From assembly GCA_963740355.1 (NCBI GenBank), contig CAVUDW010000003.1, forward strand, positions 1-64,000: a stretch of DNA of 64,000 nucleotides. Reading direction: 5' to 3'. A program made the translations under genes and the position numbers. Source of the stretch: an uncultured Gemmatimonadaceae bacterium. GTDB lineage: Bacteria > Gemmatimonadota > Gemmatimonadetes > Gemmatimonadales > Gemmatimonadaceae. Under the pieces are notes generated by a model that was given only the letters and a program-made list of their open reading frames with translations, was not told the origin of the DNA and ran no database searches. Shown in pieces: positions 1 to 9,725 of the stretch. How positions within the stretch are numbered: position 1 is the stretch's first letter; each line of letters opens with the position of its first letter.

Positions 1-371
1 ATGTGTCGTCGATCATCACCTGGGCCGCATCGGCGACGCCGGCAGACATGGCCACCCTGGCACCGGCAGTGTTGTCGGCAGCCGAAGTGGGCGACCTGCG
101 CGCGAACACCGTGGTCACGATGGCGGTGGAAGAACTTGCACTGCACGTGCGCGCGTTGGCTCGATCGTTGTTCGTGGATGAACGCGCGGCGATCCCTGTG
201 GCTCTCCACGGCGGGCTGCTGGGCAAGGGGCGCCCGATGCGCAAGCGACTCGAGCATCGCTTGAAGACGTTGGTGCCGGGCTCGGTCGTACGCCACCAGT
301 CGGTGGACGCCACGCGCGGTGCGGTACAGATGGCGCTCCGCACGATCGGCCTGGCGGTCGAGGCGCCGTAA
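1..371 (+). CDS. BadF/BadG/BcrA/BcrD-type ATPase (N-acetylglucosamine kinase-like), C-terminal part, truncated by window edge
   Basis: Frame 3..371: 'ATLAPAVLSAAEVGD..A..VV..AVEELA', 'PVALHGGLL' and 'DATRGAVQMA' match the C-terminal half of NagK/BadF-type sugar kinases. Confidence 0.7.
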   Translation, partial: VSSIITWAASATPADMATLAPAVLSAAEVGDLRANTVVTMAVEELALHVRALARSLFVDERAAIPVALHGGLLGKGRPMRKRLEHRLKTLVPGSVVRHQSVDATRGAVQMALRTIGLAVEAP

Positions 372-465
372 CGAGCGCGGTCACGCGCTGCGATGCCATC
401 GGGAATGCGAGCGTGCGCCGCATTCCCGACCCTGCGGTCGAGTGCGGCTGGTTTAGATTGCTCGC

Positions 466-1305
466 ATGCCGACATCGCTGCCCCGCCTGCAGGCCACACG
501 CTACGTCCAGCCGCTCCGCGAAGGAGGGTCGCTGCCCGCCGTCGTCGACACCGACAACGGCGGACTGTTCGTGGCGAAGTTTCGCGGAGCCGGACAAGGG
601 GCGAAGGTGCTGGTGGCGGAGATCATCGCGCATGGCGTCGCGACGGCGATGGGCCTGCCGGTGCCGGAGCTGGCGATCATCGACTTGCCGGATCGGTTCG
701 GGCAGAGTGAACCTGATCCCGAGATCCAGGAGCTGCTGAAGGCCAGTCGCGGGATCAACATCGGCATGCGGTATCTCGACGGCGCATTCAATTTCGATCC
801 GGTCGCCGCGCACGAGATGATCGACGGTCCGTTCGCCGCGTCGCTCGTCTGGCTCGATGCATACATCACCAACCCGGATCGGACTGCGCGCAATCCGAAC
901 CTGATGATCTGGCAACGCAAGCCGTGGCTGATCGATCACGGTGCAGCGCTCTACATGCACTACGACTGGCCAAGTGTGAACGAAGCGCGCATCACCACGC
1001 CGTTCCCACTCATTCGCCAGCATGTGCTGTTGCTGCGCAGCGGCGATCTGGAGGCGGCGGATCGCGCCGCGGTGTCAGCACTCTCCGATGACGTGTTGCG
1101 GTCGATCGTGGCGTCGATCCCCGAGGAGCTGCTGATGGACCCCATCAGCGGTGACGATTCGGCCGATGCCGACATGGCGCGCGCGCGCTACGTGTCGTAC
1201 CTGGTGTCGCGACGAAAGGCCTCGGCTGGCTTCGTGGCGGCGGCCGTCGAGGCACGCGACACCTTGCGAGCGTCACCATCGCAGCCGTACTCGGCGCGCC
1301 GATGA
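466..1305 (+). CDS. HipA-like kinase
   Basis: 'LREGGSLP' Gly loop, 'FVAKFRG' Lys, 'NPDRTARNPN' catalytic-loop-like motif, 'LIDHG' DFG-like motif; stop overlaps the next start (ATGA). Confidence 0.8.
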   Translation: MPTSLPRLQATRYVQPLREGGSLPAVVDTDNGGLFVAKFRGAGQGAKVLVAEIIAHGVATAMGLPVPELAIIDLPDRFGQSEPDPEIQELLKASRGINIGMRYLDGAFNFDPVAAHEMIDGPFAASLVWLDAYITNPDRTARNPNLMIWQRKPWLIDHGAALYMHYDWPSVNEARITTPFPLIRQHVLLLRSGDLEAADRAAVSALSDDVLRSIVASIPEELLMDPISGDDSADADMARARYVSYLVSRRKASAGFVAAAVEARDTLRASPSQPYSARR

Positions 1306-1694
1306 CCGAACCACAGACTGCGTACGACTTCGCCGTGCTGCGTGCAGTACCGCACGTGCACCTCGGTGCGTTCATTCCCGTCGGCGTCCTGCTGCATGCG
1401 CGGCAGGCCGGATTTCTGGGCCTTCTGGCGTTGACCAACGAGAGCACGCTTCGTGACCGGGTACCGAGCGTGGATGTGGGCATGCTGGCGCGGTACCTCC
1501 GCACCATGGAGCGCGTGGCCAGTGGTGACCCACAGGCAGGCCCGATCGCGCTGGCGCCGACGTCCGAGCGGTTTCACTGGCTGACCGCTCCGCGCTCGGA
1601 TGTGCTGCAGTCGTCGGCGGTGCACGAGGGGCTGTGCGAGGGGGATCCCGAGCGGACGCTGGCGCGGCTGTTCGCGCAGTACGTCTCGGGGTGA
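1302..1694 (+). CDS. DUF3037 domain protein
   Basis: 'YDFAVLRAVPHVHLGAFIPVGVLL' and 'ERFHWLTAPRSDVLQSSAVHEG' are typical of DUF3037; 4-bp overlap with the kinase. Confidence 0.8.
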   Translation: MTEPQTAYDFAVLRAVPHVHLGAFIPVGVLLHARQAGFLGLLALTNESTLRDRVPSVDVGMLARYLRTMERVASGDPQAGPIALAPTSERFHWLTAPRSDVLQSSAVHEGLCEGDPERTLARLFAQYVSG

Positions 1695-1851
1695 TGCGGA
1701 CGGACTTCCTGAAGTCGTGGCACCGCGTTCCTGAGCGCACGGGGTTCTTTCGCGCGGTCGGCGTTCTTGAAGCACCACGAGAAGGCGCTCCTGCGCATCG
1801 CGCGGAATAGCCCAGCTCGGCGCCCTTCCGACCGGTGCGAGATTTCACGGC

Positions 1852-3780
1852 ATGACGCTTATCTCGCTCGGTGAAGTCGGAGTCAGTTTCGGGGCCACGA
1901 CGCTACTCAAGGATGTCTCGTTCACGGTCGCCCGCGGTGAACGCTGGGGCATCATCGGCCGCAACGGCGCCGGCAAGTCGACACTCTTCCAGTTGATCAC
2001 CGGCCGGCTGCAGCCGAGCAAAGGCTCCATCGCACGGCAGCCGGCACTGAAAGTCTCGCTGCTCGACCAGCACCGGAACTTCGGCGATGCCGTGACCGTG
2101 TGGGAAGCTGCGGCGGTGGCGTACGCCCCGCTGATTGCGATCGAGAAGGAGATGAGTGTCCTGGCCGAGAAGCTGGGCGACGGCGACGAAGCGCTGATGG
2201 ACCGGTATGGGCGGCTGCAGGAGACCTTCATGCACGAAGGGGGCTACGACTTCCCCGCACGCGTGGACAAGGTGTTGCAGGGCCTCGGCTTCGATGCGGT
2301 CGAAGCCCGGACACAGGCGCTGTCAGGACTGAGCGGTGGTGAGCGCGGTCGCGTCGGACTCGCGGGACAGCTGGCAGCGCCGGCGGAGTTGCTACTCCTC
2401 GACGAACCGACGAACCATCTCGATCTCGAGACGACTCGCTGGCTGCAGACCTACCTCGGCGAGTTGGGCGAGACGGTGATCGTGATCTCCCATGACCGCG
2501 CCTTCCTCGATGAAACCGTCGATCACGTGCTGCATGTGACGGGTGGGACGACGCACGCGTACACCGGCGGCTACTCGGCGTTCGTCAGCCAGCGCGAGGA
2601 GCGCATGCTCACGTTCCAGCGGCAGCTGGATAAGCAGCAGAAGTTCATCGCGAAGGAAGAGGACTACATCCGTCGCCACCTGGCAGGCCAGAACAGCTCG
2701 CAGGCCAAGGGCCGGCGATCGAAGCTCAGTCGCCTGCCCCGCCTGTCGCCGCCGCCTGGCGAATCGGATGCGATGACGCTCCGTCTCGAGGTCGGCGATC
2801 GCGGAGGCGACCGCGTGCTGCACACGGACAAGCTGCGGGTTGCGGTCGGTGATCGCGTCCTGCTCGAGGATGTGACGCTGACCGCGATGCGCACGGATGT
2901 GATCGCCCTCGTCGGGCCGAACGGTGCCGGCAAATCGACACTGATTGCCACGATCCTTGGCGCACGCGAAGCGGCGGCGGGTGTCGCGACCGTCGGCGGC
3001 TCGGTGAATGCCGCCTGGTATCGGCAGGACCTCGGCCAGCTTCCGCTCGAGAAGTCGATCTATGATGCGATCCAGGACGTCCGCCCGCTGTGGAGTCGCG
3101 GCAACATCCAGAATCACCTTGGCGCGTTTGGGTTCAGCGGCGACAGCGTGATGCGTATCATCAGCACGTTGAGCGGTGGCGAGCGTGCACGTGTCGCGCT
3201 GGCGTTGATCATGCTGCAGAAGGCGAACCTGCTGGTCCTCGACGAGCCGACGAACCATCTCGACGTGGAGAGCATCGAGGCTCTCGAGGACGCGATCGAG
3301 TCGTACGAGGGCACCGTGATCCTGGTGAGCCACGACCGCGCCTTCCTGCGCGAGTTGTCGACGCGGGTGTGGGCGTTCGACGGCACGCGCTTGCGCGACT
3401 TCGACGGTCCGTTCGTGGAGTGGGAGGTGGCAGAAGCGGAGCGTCGCGCGAAACTGGCGTCCGACTCCGCTGCGGCTGCACAGGGTCGCCGCGCGCAGGA
3501 AAAGGCGGCAGCGCAGAAGCACAAAGGCAGCGACGATCGTGAGGCGAGTGCACGCAAGGCTGCGAAAAAGGCTGCCGATGATGCCGAGCGCGAAGTGCTG
3601 CGATTGGAGGAGCGCGTGGCGCAGGTGCAGCGAGCACTCGAGGATGGCGACCTGTATGACGGGACGCCGGAAAAGGCGCGCGAGGCCGGACGCCTGGAAA
3701 AGGAGCTCTCGGCCGCGCAGCGATTGCTGGACGACGCCATGACGTCGTGGGCCGAACGCACGGCCGCGTTGGAGAAGTAG
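1852..3780 (+). CDS. ABC-F family ATP-binding protein (Uup/YheS-like)
   Basis: Two ABC cassettes (GRNGAGKST, GPNGAGKST; LSGGE x2; LLDEPTNHLD/VLDEPTNHLD), no TM segments, C-terminal coiled coil. Confidence 0.92.
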   Translation: MTLISLGEVGVSFGATTLLKDVSFTVARGERWGIIGRNGAGKSTLFQLITGRLQPSKGSIARQPALKVSLLDQHRNFGDAVTVWEAAAVAYAPLIAIEKEMSVLAEKLGDGDEALMDRYGRLQETFMHEGGYDFPARVDKVLQGLGFDAVEARTQALSGLSGGERGRVGLAGQLAAPAELLLLDEPTNHLDLETTRWLQTYLGELGETVIVISHDRAFLDETVDHVLHVTGGTTHAYTGGYSAFVSQREERMLTFQRQLDKQQKFIAKEEDYIRRHLAGQNSSQAKGRRSKLSRLPRLSPPPGESDAMTLRLEVGDRGGDRVLHTDKLRVAVGDRVLLEDVTLTAMRTDVIALVGPNGAGKSTLIATILGAREAAAGVATVGGSVNAAWYRQDLGQLPLEKSIYDAIQDVRPLWSRGNIQNHLGAFGFSGDSVMRIISTLSGGERARVALALIMLQKANLLVLDEPTNHLDVESIEALEDAIESYEGTVILVSHDRAFLRELSTRVWAFDGTRLRDFDGPFVEWEVAEAERRAKLASDSAAAAQGRRAQEKAAAQKHKGSDDREASARKAAKKAADDAEREVLRLEERVAQVQRALEDGDLYDGTPEKAREAGRLEKELSAAQRLLDDAMTSWAERTAALEK

Positions 3781-3938
3781 CACAGCACGGGCGGGCCAGC
3801 GGCGACCGTCGGCTCGGGCAACGAAGGCGCGGCTTTTGGGGTCAATAGCGGTACGAAACAGCGCTCGCGCGTCGCACGTAGGTCGCGCAGGCTCTGCCGT
3901 GCCCTTTCGCTGGCGGAATTCTCCCTAATACCTGCACG

Positions 3939-6900
3939 ATGCCGATTGTTCGTCGACCACTGCGCGCCTCCTGGATCGTCGCCGCTCTGTCGTGTGCGGC
4001 GCTCGCGTCACGCGCCGCCGCACAGGATGCCGCGCGCCCTGACACCGTGACCGGCCGGGTGACCTCCTCGGCGACCAGCGGACCAATTTCCGGCGCCCTG
4101 ATTTACGTCACGCGCGGCCCCGACCGCCTCGTCCAGCAGGACACCAGCGATGCCGACGGGCGCTGGCGCGTCATCTTCTCGCCCGGTACGGGCGACTATC
4201 TGGTGTTCATCTCGTCGCCGGGGTCCGAGTCCTTTCGCAAGCGGGTGACACGAACCGCGGCGGAGCAGCGCTTCGTCGTCGATGCGGTCCTCAAGGGTGG
4301 CGCCGTGGCGCAGCTGGCAGCGGTGCGCGTGCAGGCACAGGCACCGCGTCCCGAGCGCCAGAGCCGCACTGCCGCCATCCCGACCACCGGCAGCAACGAG
4401 CGGATCGCCGAAGGGGTGTACGGTGCCGTCAGTCCCACAGCCGCCGGCAATCCGCTGGCGACCGCTGCGACGATCCCCGGCTTGAACGTCGGTCCGGGCG
4501 GTATCTCCGCTTTAGGAGCAGGTGGGGACCAATCGTTGGTGACGCTGAATGGTCTTGCCTCGGGCGCCTCGCTGCCGCGCGAGATTCGCACGCGTACGCG
4601 GGCCTCGCTCTCGAACTATGATCCTGCGGTTGGCGGCTTCAGCGGCGCGCTCGTCTCGCAGGAACTCGACCCAGGCCGCGAGGACACGCGTCGGCAGGCG
4701 TCATTCACCCTCGACGCACCAGCGCTCCGTGCCAATGATGCGCTGGCCAGCGCCTATGGCTTGCGGCCGGCAACGTTTCAGGCGTCGCTCGGCCAGACCG
4801 GCCAGATCATCGACGATCGCGTGTTCTACGCCACGGCGCTTCAGGCGTCGCGGCGTTCCGCAGGCCAGGCGTCGCTGCTGAATTCGCCGGCCTCGGTGCT
4901 GGCGCTGAATGGGCTGGATGCGGCGGATGTCACCCGGACGCGAGCGAGCCTCGACAGCCTCGGCCTCTCGTCGTTCGGTGGCACGCCACGGAGCGTGGTC
5001 GACCAGTTCAACTTCGTCGGCCAACTCGATCGCACACCGCGCGGCACTCATGCGATCAAGCTCACCGGCGTGATCGACGCGCGGCGCACGACGGGCAGCG
5101 ACATCACACCGTCATCGCTGCCCGATGCCGGCGCGTCGGAGCGATCGGTGACGACTGCGGTGCAATTCGGTTCGGCGGCGATCCTTGGCAAGGTGCGACC
5201 AGTACTGAACGACTTCCGCACGTCGCTGTCGTTGCAGGCCGTCGATCGATTCGCGGCCAACCGCTCCTCGGCAGCCGGCGCCGTCCGCGTGCCAGACCTG
5301 GTCAACAGTCCGCTCGATCCATCCGTCACGGTGCCAACGTTCGCCTTCGGTGGATACAACGGCGCCACTGGCTCACGGTCGAATGTGACATGGGAAATCG
5401 CGGACGACCTGAGCTGGCTGCGCGGCGGGCGTGCGCACCTGTTCAAGGCGCACCTGTGGACACGCATCGATCGACTGCACGACGAAACCGTGACTGATGC
5501 GAACGGGACGTACACGTTCAATACACTCTCGGATGTGGCGGCGCGGAAGCCAGCCGCTTTCACGCGCACACTGGCGCAGCCAGCGCGTGATGGCGCGACC
5601 TGGAATGGCGCCGCAGCCTTTGCCCACCGATGGGCGCCGTCACGTGTGTTCCAGCTGTTGTGGGGCGCACGAGTCGAGGCCAACAAGTTCATCGGTGCGC
5701 CGGCGCGGAACGCATCGCTCGAGTCGGCACTGAACCTGCGCACGGATGACGCGCCAGGCGCGATCGCGATCAGTCCGCGTGTCGGCCTGACCTGGTACCT
5801 GGTGAAGGACGCCGCCGGTGGTACGATGACGCGATCCAGCGACCTCGCGACGCGCTCCTCGCTGCCCGTCGGGATGATTCGCGCTGGCTTTGGTGAGTTC
5901 CGTGGCCTGTATCGCGCGGACGCTCTCGCCGCAGCCGATGGCGCCACCGGGCTGCCAGACGCATTTCGCCGATTGAGCTGTATTGGTGCGAGTGCGCCGC
6001 CAACTGTGTTCGGCATCACGTCGAGTGCCACGATTCCGACCTCGTGCCAGCCAGGGTCACCGGCCCTCGCTGATGCGACACCGTCGGTGTCGGTTCTCGG
6101 CCCGGGCTACCAGCCACCGCGCAACTGGCGCGCGAGCGCTGGCTGGACCTCGCGACTGTCGAAGCTCGACTATCGCATTGACGCGACGTACGCGCTGAAT
6201 TTGCACCAGTCCAGCATCATCGACCGAAACCTGCGCAGCACACCGGCCTTCGCATTGGCGAGTGAAGGGGGGCGCGCAGTGTATGTACCGGTGTCCAGCA
6301 TCGATGCGGCAAGTGGCGGAGTGCAATCCGCAGCCGCGCGGATCGCAGACACCTTCGGCTCGGTGGTGGAACGAGTTGGTGACCTGCGCGGGCGTGCACG
6401 CAATGTGACGCTGTCGCTGACGCCAGACCTGTCGGACCTGAGCAACGGCGACTTCTACGCGAATGTGAACTACACGTGGGCGTCGGCGCGTTCTGCGGCG
6501 CGCGGATTCGACGGCGGCACGGCGGGCGATCCCCGCACGATCGAGTGGGCGCGTAGCCCGTACGACATCCGGCACCAGGTGATCACGCAGGTCTCTCGTT
6601 CACTGCCGGGTGGCATTGGGCTGTCGTTTTTCCTGTCGTTGCAGAGCGGTCTGCCCTTCACCCCGCTGGTGGGAGGCGACATCAATGGCGACGGGCGAGT
6701 CAACGATCGCGCCTTCGTGCCTGTCGCCTCGACACCGGAGTTGGAGGCGTTGATTGCGAACGCGCCGTCAGCCGTGGCCAAGTGCCTGACCTCGCAACGC
6801 GGCCAGATCACGGCGCGCAACAGCTGCGAGGGACCCTGGTCCCAGTCGATGTCCTTGCGCCTCGACGTTCCGGCGCGACTGCTGGGGCTGCCGGAGCGCG

Positions 6901-7655
6901 CGCGCATCGCGCTGCAGTTCGCGAATCCGCTGGGGGCGCTGGATCAGGCGCTCCACGGTAGCGATGGCTTGCGTGGCTGGGGCTCGGCGTCGACACCGAA
7001 TCCAGTCCTGCTGGTTCCACGACGGTTCGATGCCAGCGCCAGCTCATTCGCCTACGACGTGAACCCACGATTCGGGGAGACGCGGCCGTCACGTGTGACG
7101 CGGCCGCTCGACCCGTACGGCATCACGCTCGACGTTCGCATGGACCTCAGCGTGCGCGAGGAAGTGCAGGAGCTGCAGCGGCAGTTGAAGCCCGGTCGGA
7201 AGGGTGATCGCCGCCCGAAGTTGTCGGTCGATTCGTTGATGGCGCGCTACCAGCGGAGCATGCCCAGCCTCTTCACGGCGGTGCAAGCGCTCTCCGACAC
7301 CTTGCTGTTGTCGCCGGTGCAGGTCGATTCACTATCGATGCACGAGGCGCGATATCGCGCGACACTGGACACGATCTATCGTCCTCTGGTCGTGTACCTG
7401 GCGGCGCTACCGGATGCGTACGACGGCACCGAAGCGCTCAAGCGTGTGCAGGCTGCTGATTCGCTGGCGTGGGATGTGACGTACGAAACCGGTGCGAAGG
7501 CGAAGGGTGTGCTCTCGTCGTTGCAGATGACGATCGTGCCAGAATTCCTGAAGCGTATCATGGAAGAGGCGCCCAGCACGCTCCGTCGCGATCACGCCCG
7601 GTACGAGATCGAGGTGTCACCGCAGGGCTCGAGCTTCAGCATGAATCGCCGGTGA
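3939..7655 (+). CDS. Carboxypeptidase-regulatory-like domain / TonB-dependent (Oar-like) outer-membrane protein with extra C-terminal domain
   Basis: Signal peptide; 'VTGRVTSSATSGPISGALIYV..TSDADGRWRV' N-domain; 'LATAATIPGL..VTLNG' plug-like segment; amphipathic strands 'ISPRVGLTW', 'NVNYTWA'; 'GLPFTPLVGGDINGDGRVNDRAFVP'. Confidence 0.75.
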   Translation: MPIVRRPLRASWIVAALSCAALASRAAAQDAARPDTVTGRVTSSATSGPISGALIYVTRGPDRLVQQDTSDADGRWRVIFSPGTGDYLVFISSPGSESFRKRVTRTAAEQRFVVDAVLKGGAVAQLAAVRVQAQAPRPERQSRTAAIPTTGSNERIAEGVYGAVSPTAAGNPLATAATIPGLNVGPGGISALGAGGDQSLVTLNGLASGASLPREIRTRTRASLSNYDPAVGGFSGALVSQELDPGREDTRRQASFTLDAPALRANDALASAYGLRPATFQASLGQTGQIIDDRVFYATALQASRRSAGQASLLNSPASVLALNGLDAADVTRTRASLDSLGLSSFGGTPRSVVDQFNFVGQLDRTPRGTHAIKLTGVIDARRTTGSDITPSSLPDAGASERSVTTAVQFGSAAILGKVRPVLNDFRTSLSLQAVDRFAANRSSAAGAVRVPDLVNSPLDPSVTVPTFAFGGYNGATGSRSNVTWEIADDLSWLRGGRAHLFKAHLWTRIDRLHDETVTDANGTYTFNTLSDVAARKPAAFTRTLAQPARDGATWNGAAAFAHRWAPSRVFQLLWGARVEANKFIGAPARNASLESALNLRTDDAPGAIAISPRVGLTWYLVKDAAGGTMTRSSDLATRSSLPVGMIRAGFGEFRGLYRADALAAADGATGLPDAFRRLSCIGASAPPTVFGITSSATIPTSCQPGSPALADATPSVSVLGPGYQPPRNWRASAGWTSRLSKLDYRIDATYALNLHQSSIIDRNLRSTPAFALASEGGRAVYVPVSSIDAASGGVQSAAARIADTFGSVVERVGDLRGRARNVTLSLTPDLSDLSNGDFYANVNYTWASARSAARGFDGGTAGDPRTIEWARSPYDIRHQVITQVSRSLPGGIGLSFFLSLQSGLPFTPLVGGDINGDGRVNDRAFVPVASTPELEALIANAPSAVAKCLTSQRGQITARNSCEGPWSQSMSLRLDVPARLLGLPERARIALQFANPLGALDQALHGSDGLRGWGSASTPNPVLLVPRRFDASASSFAYDVNPRFGETRPSRVTRPLDPYGITLDVRMDLSVREEVQELQRQLKPGRKGDRRPKLSVDSLMARYQRSMPSLFTAVQALSDTLLLSPVQVDSLSMHEARYRATLDTIYRPLVVYLAALPDAYDGTEALKRVQAADSLAWDVTYETGAKAKGVLSSLQMTIVPEFLKRIMEEAPSTLRRDHARYEIEVSPQGSSFSMNRR

Positions 7656-7668
7656 CGGCACAGGTGCG

Positions 7669-8193
7669 CTAGCGGCCCGCGAAGATCGAGTCCAGTGTGG
7701 CCGCCAGCGCAGGACCGCGGAGGCCGTCATCGACGCGCAGCACGATGCCGTCGCGACCGATGAGGACGGTGCGTGGAAAGTTGTCGACGCGAAAGAGGCG
7801 AGTGGCTTCTGCTTCGATCGCCGACGTGGCATACACATGGAGCCACGGCATGGGGAAATGGTCGCGCCGATAGGCGTCGACCTTCCCCGGCGACACATCG
7901 AATGCCACGCTGACGATTTCAAGACCCTTGGCGTGGAACCGGGCGTATGCATCATGCAGGAAGGGCATCTCGCGACGGCAGGGGGCGCACCACGTGCCCC
8001 AGAGGTCGATGAGCACCACAGAGCCCTGAAGCGACAGCGGCGAGATGATCGCCGTGCTGTCGTGCATGGCAGTCCACGCGAACGTCGGCACCAGTCGGTT
8101 GAGCAGTGGATCCTGCGCCGGTGACGTCTGCGCCACGAGAGTGTGCGGGAGCCACCAAGTGAGCACGGCGACCGCGAGCATCCGAACTTTCAC
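7669..8193 (-). CDS. TlpA-family thiol:disulfide oxidoreductase
   Basis: Signal peptide; 'VVLIDLWGTWCAPCRREMP' and 'FPRTVLIGRDG'. Confidence 0.9.
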   Translation of the reverse strand: MKVRMLAVAVLTWWLPHTLVAQTSPAQDPLLNRLVPTFAWTAMHDSTAIISPLSLQGSVVLIDLWGTWCAPCRREMPFLHDAYARFHAKGLEIVSVAFDVSPGKVDAYRRDHFPMPWLHVYATSAIEAEATRLFRVDNFPRTVLIGRDGIVLRVDDGLRGPALAATLDSIFAGR

Positions 8194-9725
8194 GCGAGAG
8201 CTCCAATCACCTGCTCCACCGCGGCACGCAGGCCACCGCTCAGCATCAGGGCACGCACCGCCTCGAGATCAGGGGTCAACATGCGATCACTTTCGAGCGG
8301 TGGGACCACTTCGCGCAACGCATTGCGGGCCGCACCGACGCCAGGCCCAGGCCGCAGCGGCTGGTGAAAGTCGAGCGCCTGCGCGGCGTTGAGCAATTCG
8401 ATCGCGATCACCCAGGTGGCGTTCTCCAGAATCATCGCGCACTGCCGGGCGCTGGTCGTGCCCATGCTGACGTGATCTTCCTGGTTGGCACTGGTGGGAA
8501 TGCTGTCGACACTGGCCGGGTGGGCCAACACCTTGTTCTCGCTCACCAGGCTGGCGGCGGTGTACTGGCTGATCATCAGCCCGGAATTCAATCCGCCCTG
8601 CCGTGACAGAAAGGCGGGCAGCCCGCTGACGGCGGGATCGAGCATGTGTTCGACACGGCGCTCACTGATGTTCGCCAGTTCAGCGATCGCGATCTTGGCG
8701 TAGTCCATCACCAAGGCCACCGGCTGCCCATGGAAATTCCCGGCCGAGATCACATCGTCCGTGTCGGCGAAGACCAGTGGGTTGTCGGTCACGGCATTGC
8801 ACTCACGCGTCACGACGTCCTTCACGTGCGTCAGTGAATCACGGCTCGCGCCATGGACCTGGGGCATGCAGCGCAGGCTGTAGGCGTCCTGCAACTTTTC
8901 GCAGTTGAGATGCGATGCGTGAATCGGGCTGTCATGGGCGAGGCGGCGCAGGTTCCCTGCCACGGCACCCGCGCCGGGATGAGCGCGGACGGCGGTGACA
9001 CGCGCATCGAATGCGGTGGCGGTGCCTTTGAGCGCCTCCAGAGACATCGCGCCGGCGATGTCCGCCAAGGTGGCCAGCCGTTCTGCATCGTGCACGACGA
9101 GCGCACCGATCGCAGTCATCGCCTGCGTGCCATTGATCAGCGCCAACCCTTCCTTCGCCTCGAGCACGACCGGTGAGAGTCCCGCCGCCGCCAACGCCTC
9201 ACGCCCAGACATCACGACGCCGTTGAACTCCGCCTTCCCTTCGCCGATCAACGGCAGTGCCATGTGCGCGAGTGGCGCGAGGTCACCGCTGGCCCCGACC
9301 GATCCCTGACTGGGAATGACCGGATGCACACCGCGGTTGAGACACTCGACCAGCAGCTCGATGACGCTCAGCCTGATGCCGCTGAACCCGTACGAGAGTG
9401 ACTGTGCGCGCAGCAACAACATCGCGCGCACGACTTCGGTCGAGAATGGCACACCGACGCCCATGGCGTGCGAGACCAACAGGTTCCGCTGCAACTGCTG
9501 CACATCGCCAGCGGCGATGCGCACGCTGGCGAGGCGCCCGAAGCCCGTGGTGATGCCGTAGACGGTGCGGTCGGCGGCCACCAGTGCATCGACATACGAT
9601 CGACTGGCGATGATGCGGTCGCAGGCTTCATCGGCGACGCGCACCCGGGCTGCATGGCGCGCCACGCTGACGACGCTTTCGATCGTCAGTGGCGCACCGA
9701 CGAAGACGGTATCTGGAATCGGCAT
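8190..9725 (-). CDS. hutH: Histidine ammonia-lyase
   Basis: MIO-forming 'GSVGASGDLAPLAH', 'YGITTGFG', 'QDAYSLRC', 'SANQEDHVSMG'. Confidence 0.96.
   Translation of the reverse strand: MPIPDTVFVGAPLTIESVVSVARHAARVRVADEACDRIIASRSYVDALVAADRTVYGITTGFGRLASVRIAAGDVQQLQRNLLVSHAMGVGVPFSTEVVRAMLLLRAQSLSYGFSGIRLSVIELLVECLNRGVHPVIPSQGSVGASGDLAPLAHMALPLIGEGKAEFNGVVMSGREALAAAGLSPVVLEAKEGLALINGTQAMTAIGALVVHDAERLATLADIAGAMSLEALKGTATAFDARVTAVRAHPGAGAVAGNLRRLAHDSPIHASHLNCEKLQDAYSLRCMPQVHGASRDSLTHVKDVVTRECNAVTDNPLVFADTDDVISAGNFHGQPVALVMDYAKIAIAELANISERRVEHMLDPAVSGLPAFLSRQGGLNSGLMISQYTAASLVSENKVLAHPASVDSIPTSANQEDHVSMGTTSARQCAMILENATWVIAIELLNAAQALDFHQPLRPGPGVGAARNALREVVPPLESDRMLTPDLEAVRALMLSGGLRAAVEQVIGALA

Noticed and set aside
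1852..3780. Antibiotic-resistance ABC-F
   Set aside because: Architecture fits housekeeping Uup/YheS-like proteins; ARE status cannot be supported without phylogeny
3781..3938. Riboswitch upstream of the TonB-barrel-like gene
   Set aside because: No cobalamin, TPP or other conserved aptamer motif recognisable
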